Assembly (NCBI GenBank): GCA_934699095.1
Contig: CAKUVI010000003.1
Coordinates: forward strand, 67,785-131,784
DNA length: 64,000 nucleotides
DNA from: an uncultured Bacteroidales bacterium
GTDB lineage: Bacteria > Bacteroidota > Bacteroidia > Bacteroidales > WCHB1-69
Direction of reading: 5' to 3'
The position numbers and the translations under genes are program-made. The first letter of the stretch is position 1, and the number at the start of each line of letters is the position of its first letter. Positions 29,349-37,842 of this stretch are shown here, piece by piece. The notes beneath the pieces were generated by a model. The model was given only the letters and a program-made list of their open reading frames with translations, ran no database searches and was not told the origin of the DNA.

Positions 29349-29377
29349 ATATTTGATTGTTAGTTTTTTATTATCAA

Positions 29378-30403
29378 CTATTCAGCGCAAATTTTTCCCT
29401 CAAAGCTGATGTCTAAGAACTGTTGCAACTCGTATTTGAATTTAGGAGAAAGTTCAGAAAGGCGTCCTTTTCCATCAACAAACGGATTTATGTATCGTTT
29501 CTTGGCGGAAACGATGCGTGCTTCTGAAGAATCAGGGTCATTTATGAGTTTTTTGTATGCCCTGAACCTCAACCATGAGTCACGAGCTTGCTGATCTGCG
29601 CAAAGCTTCTCTATAAGTGATGTTTCGGTACCATAGAGGTCTCTTTCGGTGATAATCCCCCTGTCTATCTGTTCTTTAAGAAGTTCTGCCAATCTTTGCA
29701 TCGCATAGCGGTCTTCCGGTGCGATGTAGATTTTTGACATTCGAAGTGCTGCCATGGAAAAATCCATTGCACAAGATTCACTTTGGAACAAAAGTTCCTG
29801 CTCATTCTTTTCATTTACTCCCACCACAAGATCATCATACAAATACTTCACCATATCCTCACTCATATAGCCATAGTTGATAATATTTCCAATGGTATAT
29901 TCCAAGCGGTCTGCAGAAAGCTGTGGTGTGGGATTGTCAGCTATTGCAAACAAGTGATAATCAGATACTTCCGCGGTGGTTAATCCATTATTTTTAAGAA
30001 TATCACGAATCTCCACAGAATCTCCGATCATGCTGAACGTGAGATCCTCAGTGGATTCTTGCATTTCGTGGTCTCCGTGCAAGAAATCGATAACATGGGC
30101 GAACGAAGGGGTTGCAATATCGTGGAGCAGGGCTGCGACAGTCTGTTTAGTGTCGTGAGTGAAGTTCCAGACTATGAGTGCCGCGCCGATGCTATGGTCG
30201 AGGCGGGAGTAAGGCTTGATATTTTGGAACAGGGGGAAGGAGGTGTACTCGCATCCGCAATTCATGCCCACGTCGGCAAGGCGTTGCATGGCGGGAGTGT
30301 TCACTATCTGGAACACGATTTCAGGGCGTTCGTCACAATATATTTTCCAATGGTTCATTATTGCTGTTTCATTTATACCTTGCAACTGAATAGACGTATT
30401 CAT
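29378..30403 (-). CDS. HD-domain phosphohydrolase
   Basis: RLDHSIGAA ... LLHDIATPSFAH (H...HD metal site). Confidence 0.7.
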   Translation of the reverse strand: MNTSIQLQGINETAIMNHWKIYCDERPEIVFQIVNTPAMQRLADVGMNCGCEYTSFPLFQNIKPYSRLDHSIGAALIVWNFTHDTKQTVAALLHDIATPSFAHVIDFLHGDHEMQESTEDLTFSMIGDSVEIRDILKNNGLTTAEVSDYHLFAIADNPTPQLSADRLEYTIGNIINYGYMSEDMVKYLYDDLVVGVNEKNEQELLFQSESCAMDFSMAALRMSKIYIAPEDRYAMQRLAELLKEQIDRGIITERDLYGTETSLIEKLCADQQARDSWLRFRAYKKLINDPDSSEARIVSAKKRYINPFVDGKGRLSELSPKFKYELQQFLDISFEGKICAE

Positions 30404-30932
30404 CAGAAACTGTGGTTTCGATATTGAAATTATCGGATTTGTTCAGAACATATTTCATCTCGTTGCTTATTCCTTCGCCTGTAAGTTTAAGGATGGCCTC
30501 TTTTTGGGTCCAATAGCGAAAGAATGCAACGTTCTTGTCGTCCGACGCAAGAATATTGCGTAATTCATCGTCGTTCATGGTATATTCCATCAAATCACGG
30601 TCAACTGGACGGATAATTTCAATATCAATTCCGATTGGAGAATCGTCAATGGCACAAGCGGTCACATATTTTGAATGGCTGAGGCTGAAATGCACGTTTG
30701 GCAGACTCTCTATAAAAGGTTTTCCGTTCTCATAAAAGGCGAAGCGTGGTGGCTGGGAGATGCCGTATTCTTCGTGGAGACCTCTTAAGAGAAGCAGATA
30801 GGCTGAGAGTGACAATTGTTGGTCAGAGTGTCTGACGAAGCGCAGTGCGTGCGCACGACGTTGTTCCGACACCATTTCAACGGCTGTCTCGACCACTAAT
30901 TCCCGAGCATTTTCGTCAATATAGATCATCAA
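30369..30932 (-). CDS. 4'-phosphopantetheinyl transferase (Sfp type)
   Basis: FSLSHS, IGIDIE and WTQKEAILKLTGEG motifs. It overlaps the neighbouring genes, which suggests an operon. Confidence 0.75.
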   Translation of the reverse strand: MMIYIDENARELVVETAVEMVSEQRRAHALRFVRHSDQQLSLSAYLLLLRGLHEEYGISQPPRFAFYENGKPFIESLPNVHFSLSHSKYVTACAIDDSPIGIDIEIIRPVDRDLMEYTMNDDELRNILASDDKNVAFFRYWTQKEAILKLTGEGISNEMKYVLNKSDNFNIETTVSDEYVYSVARYK

Positions 30933-31462
30933 TCCACGTTTTTAATAAACTTGGCCGGGTTGCCGCCGACAATCGTGTTTGGGGCAACATCTTTGGTGAC
31001 CACTGCACCGGCTGCCACAACAGCGTTTTCACCCACTGTGACACCAGGCAGGATAGTGGCTCCGGCTCCTATCCAGGCATTCTTGCCAATGTGAACCGGT
31101 TTGCAGATGAGCAACTGCCTGTCGTGAAGGTCGTGGTTGTTGGAGATGAGCTGGGCGTTGGCGGCAATCATAGCGCCGTCCTCAATTGTTATGCCTCCGC
31201 GCGACATCATAAGACAGTTGTTCATGATGAACACGTTGTTGCCGATATGTACCTGATCGAAACAAACGCCTGTGAGTCCCGGCTGTATAAAGCATCCCTT
31301 CCCAAGATTATCACCGAAAAGCTCCTTCACAAGGGCATTATACTCATCGGTAAAAGGCATAGTATGGTTCAATTTGAACAACGTCTGGGCCTGACGCACT
31401 CCCTTTGCATGTTCTTCCGGTGTGGTCTGACGAGGGTCAACAATAAATTCTTTCATATTCAA
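30929..31462 (-). CDS. Hexapeptide-repeat sugar O-acetyltransferase
   Basis: NAWIGAGATILPGVTVGENAVVAAGAVVTKDVAPNTIVGGNPAKFI. Confidence 0.8.
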   Translation of the reverse strand: MNMKEFIVDPRQTTPEEHAKGVRQAQTLFKLNHTMPFTDEYNALVKELFGDNLGKGCFIQPGLTGVCFDQVHIGNNVFIMNNCLMMSRGGITIEDGAMIAANAQLISNNHDLHDRQLLICKPVHIGKNAWIGAGATILPGVTVGENAVVAAGAVVTKDVAPNTIVGGNPAKFIKNVD

Positions 31463-31596
31463 CTACTTGATTTTCAATTATAAACAAAACTAATCTTATA
31501 AGTGCAAAAATATAATATTATACGGGATTCTGCTGTCAAAATATTCGGATATTATTTAACAAATTGAACAAAAAAGCATGTCAATAAAAGATTTTA

Positions 31597-31604
31597 TACC
31601 TTTG
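31597..31604 (+). promoter_or_regulatory. -7 promoter box (TACCTTTG) upstream of sugE
   Basis: Matches TAnnTTTG. It is followed by a ~55-nt GC-rich leader. Confidence 0.4.
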
Positions 31605-31665
31605 CACTCCGAAGGAAGGAGACGCCGGGACAGTCCTGCAGCCCTCAAAATCAATATTTTACATT

Positions 31666-31989
31666 ATGAATTGGATCATTCTGATATTAGCAGGATTCTG
31701 TGAAATGGGATTCACTTTTTGCCTTGGCCGCGCAAAATTAGTAACCGGCTTTGAATGGTGGGCGTGGATAGGAGGATTTCTCCTATTTTCGGTGTTGAGC
31801 ATGGCACTGCTTGCCAAGGCCACACAGACACTTCCCATCGGCACCGCCTACCCAGTGTGGACCGGCATAGGGGCAGTGGGCACAGTCCTTCTGGGTATCT
31901 TCGTGTTTCACGAGCCCGCCACATTCTGGCGGCTTTTCTTCATCACCACATTGATCATTTCTATCGTGGGATTGAAAGTGCTCTCATAG
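31666..31989 (+). CDS. sugE: SMR-family small multidrug/guanidinium exporter (SugE/Gdx-like)
   Basis: 107 aa with four TM segments. The N-terminus MNWIILILAGFCEMGFTFCLG carries the conserved membrane Glu. Confidence 0.85.
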   Translation: MNWIILILAGFCEMGFTFCLGRAKLVTGFEWWAWIGGFLLFSVLSMALLAKATQTLPIGTAYPVWTGIGAVGTVLLGIFVFHEPATFWRLFFITTLIISIVGLKVLS

Positions 31990-32146
31990 GTCGGTTTTTT
32001 TGAAATCTTCTCAGATCTCTTCGAACTATGGTTATAGACTTTTTTTTAACTTTGCGGTTCGAAAAAAGGGAACATTTCTCTTTAAAACTAACCAAATAGG
32101 AAATAGACCGAATGTGTCCTTTCCCATTTTTAACAAACTGCGATTT

Positions 32147-32710
32147 ATGACAAATTTAGAAAAATGCAATGCTGATTTAGAATACTCGTATGCAGATGAG
32201 GAGTTAATTGCGCTCAAGACTGAGGCCATCAGGCAATGCGAGATTTTCAACTCTATTGACGGGTGTGACTATATGGCGCAGTACCAGCAGTTGAAGCAGA
32301 TGCTTGGAGCGGTGGGCAAGCGCGTGTGGATTGCCAAGACATTCAACTGTGACCGTGGCAAGAATATCTTCATCGGCAACGATTTCACAGGCAATCACAA
32401 CCTCACCATACTCGACATCCGTGAAGTGTATATTGGCGACCATGTCATGATTGGGCCTCACACGCTGATCACCACTGTAGGGCATCCCCTTTCTCCAAAG
32501 GGCCGAAGGGAATATCATGCCATAGCCAAGCCGGTACGTATTGGAGATGACGTGTGGATAGGCGGCAATGTCACAATATTGCCCGGTGTCACCATCGGCA
32601 ACAACGTTGTGATAGCAGCCGGAGCGGTTGTCACCAAAGACATTCCAGACAACACACTTGTGGGTGGTGTGCCAGCAAAAGTCATCAAGACAATTGAAAA
32701 CGACATCTGA
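32147..32710 (+). CDS. Maltose O-acetyltransferase-like hexapeptide acetyltransferase
   Basis: N-terminal Mac domain (EKCNADLEYSYADEEL...) and DVWIGGNVTILPGVTIGNNVVIAAGAVVTKDIPDNTLVGGVPAKVI. Start taken at the internal ATG. Confidence 0.8.
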   Translation: MTNLEKCNADLEYSYADEELIALKTEAIRQCEIFNSIDGCDYMAQYQQLKQMLGAVGKRVWIAKTFNCDRGKNIFIGNDFTGNHNLTILDIREVYIGDHVMIGPHTLITTVGHPLSPKGRREYHAIAKPVRIGDDVWIGGNVTILPGVTIGNNVVIAAGAVVTKDIPDNTLVGGVPAKVIKTIENDI

Positions 32711-32780
32711 GCAGGTGTGATAATGGAAAGGGGATTATCATGAAAAAACTAATACTTATCGCAGCTGCGGCCTCTATGCC

Positions 32781-33581
32781 ATGCGCATGGCCGAGCGCGG
32801 CTTTGTGGCGTTGGCTTTCGACCCGTCATATACCGGCGAGAGCAGCGGTGAACCACGTCGCACCGCCTCGCCCGACATCAACACCGAAGACTTCCTTGCC
32901 GCCGTTGATTTCCTGTCGAGGTTGGAGAACGTCGATCCGGAGCGCATCGGCATCATCGGCATCTGTGGTTGGGGCGGCATCGCGTTGAACGCCGCCGCTG
33001 CCGACCCGCGTCTCAAGGCCACCGTGGCCAGCACCATGTACGACATTACCCGCATCAGCGGCAACGGCTACTACGACAGCGACAACAACGAGGAGGCCCG
33101 CCACGCCGCCCGCGAGGCAATGGGCAAACAGCGTCTCGCCGACCCGATGGCCATGGCCGGCGGTGTCATCGACTCGGTACCCGACGATGCCCCGCAGTTC
33201 GTGAAGGACTATCACGCCTACTACAAGACCCCGCGCGGCTACCACAAACGTAGCGGCAACAGCAACGACGGCTGGCGCACAATCGGCACGCAGGCCTTTG
33301 CTAACAGCCGTTTCCTCTACTATATCAATGAGATCCGCTCCGCCGTCCTCGTGATGCACGGCGAAAAGGCCCACAGCCGCTACTTCGGCGAGGCCGCCTA
33401 CCACTACATGGTGGATGGCAAGGCCGAGGGTTACAATTTCATCGGCAAGCCGAATCCCAACCCCGACAACAAACAGCTGCTCATCATCCCCGGCGCCACC
33501 CACTGCGACCTCTACGACGGCGGAGAAGGCAACTACATCCCTTGGGATAAGTTGGCGGAGTTTTTCGGGAAGAATCTTTAG
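32781..33581 (+). CDS. Alpha/beta (dienelactone-hydrolase-like) hydrolase, apparently 5'-truncated by an internal deletion and possibly a pseudogene
   Basis: RGFVALAFDPSYTGESSGEP and GICGWGG (GxCxG nucleophile elbow). A signal-like MKKLILIAAAAS start at 32740 is in another frame. The hydrolase frame is open back to 32724 without a start codon. GC content jumps at about 32760. Confidence 0.65.
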   Translation: MRMAERGFVALAFDPSYTGESSGEPRRTASPDINTEDFLAAVDFLSRLENVDPERIGIIGICGWGGIALNAAAADPRLKATVASTMYDITRISGNGYYDSDNNEEARHAAREAMGKQRLADPMAMAGGVIDSVPDDAPQFVKDYHAYYKTPRGYHKRSGNSNDGWRTIGTQAFANSRFLYYINEIRSAVLVMHGEKAHSRYFGEAAYHYMVDGKAEGYNFIGKPNPNPDNKQLLIIPGATHCDLYDGGEGNYIPWDKLAEFFGKNL

Positions 33582-33616
33582 TTCTGTGAAATGTTAGAAC
33601 AAGAAAAAAATAGTTA

Positions 33617-33649
33617 AACCAAGGCTCTGAAATAGGCCTTGGTTTTTTT
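33617..33649 (+). terminator. Rho-independent terminator
   Basis: AACCAAGGC...GCCTTGGTT stem followed by a T run. Confidence 0.7.
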
Positions 33650-33713
33650 ATGTTGTTGGAATAGATATGATGAATGATTTGAGAAAGTTGTATCTTTGCA
33701 ACGATTACCTTCT

Positions 33714-34268
33714 ATGAAAGAAGAACCACAAAATTCTCAGTCCGAAACATATCCGCAGTATGTCAGGGTTATCCGACGGAGTCAACGGAAATACTCTGTG
33801 GTGGCCCGTTTTTATCTTCGCATAGTGTGGCTCTTTTCAGTACTCTTTTTGATGGAGACAGCCATCTTTCTTATCAGCGGCCCCTTGCATTTTCTTATTG
33901 AGAATCTGCTTTTTGTCTTCATCTTCGCTATTTCCTTTGCATTGTTCATTTCTTTTGTGTCGAAAGGGAGTTTGGTGGAATCCGTCTATGTGGATTACAA
34001 GAAAATGGAAATCAGGGTTTTGCGTTATGACATAATGAAACGTCCCATCAAGGATGTGATTTCGTTCGAGGGATTCTCGTGGGATGTTTTGAATGGTGGG
34101 CGAGGTCCTGACCGCCTGAGGATGTTCCGTCCCGACGGGAAACGGATTGTAGTTTGCGAAGGGGTATTGGGCTGGACTTTCGACGATTTTCTGCATCTAC
34201 GGTCAGCGTTGTCGAAGGTTGCGGAACAGAGCGACTGGTGGGAGAAGGGGCTTTGGACAAAACATTAA
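33714..34268 (+). CDS. Hypothetical membrane protein
   Basis: Two central TM segments. A TATCTTTG -7 box at 33691-33698 argues for the ATG at 33714. Confidence 0.5.
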   Translation: MKEEPQNSQSETYPQYVRVIRRSQRKYSVVARFYLRIVWLFSVLFLMETAIFLISGPLHFLIENLLFVFIFAISFALFISFVSKGSLVESVYVDYKKMEIRVLRYDIMKRPIKDVISFEGFSWDVLNGGRGPDRLRMFRPDGKRIVVCEGVLGWTFDDFLHLRSALSKVAEQSDWWEKGLWTKH

Positions 34269-34285
34269 AAATTTAACCGTAATTC

Positions 34286-34999
34286 ATGAACTCATTTGTA
34301 GAATATTTCAAGAATATCCAAGAGAGCAACGGCGATATAGGTTGTATTCACTCTTGCCCTGAATTGATAGATTGTGTCAGGCATACAGGCTTCCTGCCGC
34401 TGTTGGAGAGCGGTATTAGGGGCTATGCAGCGGAGAGCCTGATGGCCGAGGAGTGCCGTTTCACACAGTTTGACGACGGCTCATGGGAATGGCCGCTCTG
34501 GCAGTGGAAAGGGTCGGTGGTGCGCGATGGCAACTGCCTGTATGGAAAGTTCTTCGCAGGAAAAGCTGGTTTCATCAGTCGCGAGTGGTGGCCTGATTTC
34601 TGCAACTGGCGCCGCAGTAAGAATCCTGAGCCAGAGGAGTTCAGCATCGAGGGTATCATCTTGGCCACATTGCGCGATCACGGCAGTATGATAGCCCGCG
34701 ACCTTCGTGCTGCGTGCGACCTCACAGGAAAGAACATGCGTTCAAAGTTCGATGCTTACGTGGGACGGCTGCAAATGGCGACTTATATAGTGACCGAGGA
34801 CTTTGTCTATCCAGTTGACAAACACGGCCGGAAATACGGTTTCGGATGGTCATTGCTCACCACACCTGAACGCTTGTTAGGCAAGGAGGCCTGTCTGTGC
34901 GACCGGGCACCAGATGAGTCGTATAGGCGCATGGTGGAGCATCTTTCGCGGCTGTTGCCTGTCGCCACAGAAAAACAGATCAAAAAGTTGTTGAAATGA
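34286..34999 (+). CDS. Hypothetical protein, possibly an AlkZ-related/winged-helix DNA-repair-associated protein
   Basis: A 237-aa ORF with coding-like composition. Family assignment rests on memory only. Confidence 0.5.
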   Translation: MNSFVEYFKNIQESNGDIGCIHSCPELIDCVRHTGFLPLLESGIRGYAAESLMAEECRFTQFDDGSWEWPLWQWKGSVVRDGNCLYGKFFAGKAGFISREWWPDFCNWRRSKNPEPEEFSIEGIILATLRDHGSMIARDLRAACDLTGKNMRSKFDAYVGRLQMATYIVTEDFVYPVDKHGRKYGFGWSLLTTPERLLGKEACLCDRAPDESYRRMVEHLSRLLPVATEKQIKKLLK

Positions 35000-35181
35000 C
35001 GAGGTAGGAACGGGCAAACACAACACCACCTCATCGCAACGCCACTGCCACTTTAAATGATTCCAGAAAGCCATCGCGCTCGGCTTCGATGTGCTCGACG
35101 AAGTCCCACCATTCCTGCACACCGTCGGCGTACCTTTTGAGCTAACGTTTTTTGTATCTTTGCCGTTCAAAACATAATGCA

Positions 35182-36090
35182 ATGTCAATTACCGTTAAAG
35201 AGATCGAAGTAAAGTCGGTGGTCACCAAGACCAACCTGCCAGTGACCGACTACGCCGTGAACCCGTACGTGGGCTGTTTGCACGCTTGCAAGTATTGCTA
35301 CGCCTCGTTCATGAAGCGTTTCACCAACCATCCGGAGCCGTGGGGCGAGTTCCTCGACGTGAAAAACTGGCCTGACATTCACAATCGCGGGCAATACGCC
35401 GGCAAGGAGGCCTTCTTCTGCTCCGTGACCGACCCATACCAGCCGCATGAGGCCAAGTTCCAGCGGACGCGGAAAGTGCTGGAGCAGCTGCAAGGCACGG
35501 GCATCCGGCTCAGCATCTCCACCAAAAGCGACCTCATCCTCCGCGACCTCGACCTCATCAAGTCGTTTCCGGGCTCACGCGTATCGTGGAGCATCAACAC
35601 CTTGGACGAAGACTTCCGCAAGGAGATGGACCGCGCGGTCAGCATCGAGCGGCGCTTGGAGGCCATGCGGCAGTTCTACGAGGCCGGCATCAACACCACC
35701 TGCTTCATCTCCCCTATTTTCCCCGGCATCACCGACGTGGAGGCCATCATCGAAAGGGCAAAAAAACAATGCAACCTCGTATGGTTGGAGAATCTGAACC
35801 TGCGCGGCGACTACAAAGGGCACATCCTGCAATGGGTGCATGAGCACCATCCCGAGTTGGACGGCCTTTACCGCGACATCTACACCAAGAAAGACCGCAC
35901 CTATTGGAGCGAACTCGACACCGACTTGCGCCGATTCTGTGCTGAGAAGGGGTTCTTATACGTCCGCAACGACGACACAGTGCGCGCCAAGCACGGCGAA
36001 TCGCCCGTGGTGGTGAACTATTTCTACCACGAGGAAATCGTCCCCTCGGCCCGCAAGGAGCAGTTGCGGAAGACGCGGACGTGCTGCTGA
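35182..36090 (+). CDS. Radical SAM protein (SplB/DNA-photolyase-like COG1533 type)
   Basis: CxxxCxxC motif in GCLHACKYCYASF. Confidence 0.8.
   Translation: MSITVKEIEVKSVVTKTNLPVTDYAVNPYVGCLHACKYCYASFMKRFTNHPEPWGEFLDVKNWPDIHNRGQYAGKEAFFCSVTDPYQPHEAKFQRTRKVLEQLQGTGIRLSISTKSDLILRDLDLIKSFPGSRVSWSINTLDEDFRKEMDRAVSIERRLEAMRQFYEAGINTTCFISPIFPGITDVEAIIERAKKQCNLVWLENLNLRGDYKGHILQWVHEHHPELDGLYRDIYTKKDRTYWSELDTDLRRFCAEKGFLYVRNDDTVRAKHGESPVVVNYFYHEEIVPSARKEQLRKTRTCC
36057..36090 (+). repeat. Left copy of a 34-bp direct repeat (the 3' end of the radical SAM gene)
   Basis: GGAGCAGTTGCGGAAGACGCGGACGTGCTGCTGA recurs at 41596-41629 with 2 mismatches. Confidence 0.85.
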
Positions 36091-36101
36091 CTCCGTGTCG
36101 T

Positions 36102-36175
36102 TTAGCCTTCGCTGTTAATTAGCCTTCGGCTGTTAATTACTTCGTGTTAACATAAAATAACCAACACGAAGTAAC
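36102..36175. repeat. GTTAAC-hairpin intergenic repeat, copy a
   Basis: TTAGCCTTCG-CTGTTAATTAGCCTTCGGCTGTTAAT, then the hairpin TACTTCGTGTT-(14 nt)-AACACGAAGTA at 36138-36173. Confidence 0.8.
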
Positions 36176-36239
36176 CAGGTGCCGCCATAATTCCGAGAAA
36201 TATTGTACTTTTGTCAACAAATTTGAAAAACCACAAAAT

Positions 36240-36809
36240 ATGGATAACAGAAGCATTTTTGAACGCGACTATGCCGGCGAGCCGGTATCACCCAACGAGC
36301 CGGACTATCAGCTGCTGATAGCCGACATCGAGGATTGCATGGCGAAAGCCAGTGAACTGAACACAGGACGCTTCTCGTTTGCTGAAGCCCGCGAACGTTT
36401 CGGCGAGATTATCGGCCAGGAGATTGATGACAGCTGCCTGATCATGCCGCCTGTCTATATAGACTACGGCAAACACGTCAAGATCGGCAAGGGCTGCGTC
36501 ATCCAGCAGTGCTGCACGTTTTTCGGACGGTGTGGCATCGAACTGGGCAACGGGGTGTTCGTGGGACCGAAGGTGAACCTCATCACCATCAACCACGACC
36601 CCAATCCGGAGAACCGATCCACGACCTACGGCAAGAAAATCGTCATCGAGGACAACGTGTGGATTGGCATCGCGGCCACCATCCTGCCGGGCGTGCACCT
36701 CGGCTACGGCTGCATCGTCGGAGCCAATGCCGTGGTGACGAGGGACGTTCCTCCGTACGCCATAGTTGCCGGTAATCCCGCAAAAATCATCAAATATATT
36801 GAGCATTAG
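36240..36809 (+). CDS. Maltose O-acetyltransferase-like hexapeptide acetyltransferase
   Basis: NVWIGIAATILPGVHLGYGCIVGANAVVTRDVPPYAIVAGNPAKII. Confidence 0.8.
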   Translation: MDNRSIFERDYAGEPVSPNEPDYQLLIADIEDCMAKASELNTGRFSFAEARERFGEIIGQEIDDSCLIMPPVYIDYGKHVKIGKGCVIQQCCTFFGRCGIELGNGVFVGPKVNLITINHDPNPENRSTTYGKKIVIEDNVWIGIAATILPGVHLGYGCIVGANAVVTRDVPPYAIVAGNPAKIIKYIEH

Positions 36810-36860
36810 TCAGGATTGTGTATATTCTGTACATGAAAAAGAATGGACAAACCGGAATTT

Positions 36861-37658
36861 ATGCATAACGGGAACAACTATGTCACCATGCTCGGTACTG
36901 GCAATGCTCTGGCTACCCGATGCTACAACACTTGCTTCACGCTTCATGGCAAATAGAGTGTATTGCTTGTCGATGCTGGTGGCGGCAATGGTATCCTTGC
37001 CCAGCTTGAAAAGGCCGGAATACGTCGTGAGCTCATCAGCGACCTTTTCGTCATCCATGCCCATACTGACCATCTGTTGGGCTGCATCTGGATGATGCAC
37101 ATGACACTCCAGTTCAGATACCCTCTTCGTGTATGGAGCCATCATAAGGTGCTACAACTGCTGACAGACATTTGCCGCCAGATTCTCCCTTCTGAAGAAG
37201 CTGTTGGCATCGGAAATCTAGTTACGATGAATTGTATTAGCGATGGCGAACGTTTCGAGGCTGGAGAATTTGCCATGCAATGCTTTGATATTCATTCTAC
37301 AAAGGAGCGTCAGTTTGGATTTTCAACCAGGTTGTCGGATGGGCAACTTTTGTGTTGTCTGGGAGATGAGCCTTTTAATCCTCAGTGCCGCCAATATGAC
37401 GAGGGTGCCGACTGGCTGATGAGTGAGGCCTTTTGCCTGTATGAAGACCGCGAACGGTTCCAACCCTACCAAAAGCACCACAGCACCGTGCTCGATGCCG
37501 CCCGTTTGGCAGAGCGACTCGGAGTGAAGAATCTAATCCTTTATCACACGGAGGACCGAACACTGGACACTCGTAAAAGCAAGTACACAGCCGAGGCTGA
37601 GACGCAATATAGTGGTCGCGTCTGGGTACCGGACGATTTGGGAAAGATAATGTTGTAA
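36861..37658 (+). pseudogene. MBL-fold hydrolase gene interrupted by an in-frame TAG at 36954-36956
   Basis: MHNGNNYVTMLGTGNALATRCYNTCFTLHGK-stop-SVLLVDAGGGNGIL...HAHTDHLLG reads as one continuous MBL N-terminus in a single frame. Confidence 0.6.
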
Positions 37659-37842
37659 ATTTCAATGTAGCAAACAATAAACAAATAACCAAATCGACTG
37701 CTACGGGAAGTCCATCGAGTAATCAAATCCGACACGCTTAATGATACTGAAGAAACTTAAACTCAAGTACGCAGCCATCTTTTCCCTCTACAAATTAACA
37801 GAATAGCACATTCCTATTTCAAAATAATGCTATTTTTGCGGA

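Noticed and set aside
31605-31665. A GC-rich ~55-nt leader between the -7 box and sugE, considered as a possible guanidine riboswitch because SugE/Gdx genes often carry them.
   Set aside because: Only weak hairpins are visible (CTCC-GAAGGAA-GGAG and CGGGA-CAG-TCCTG). I could not match the ykkC, mini-ykkC (ACGR loops) or ykkC-III consensus from memory. An Rfam/Infernal scan would settle it.
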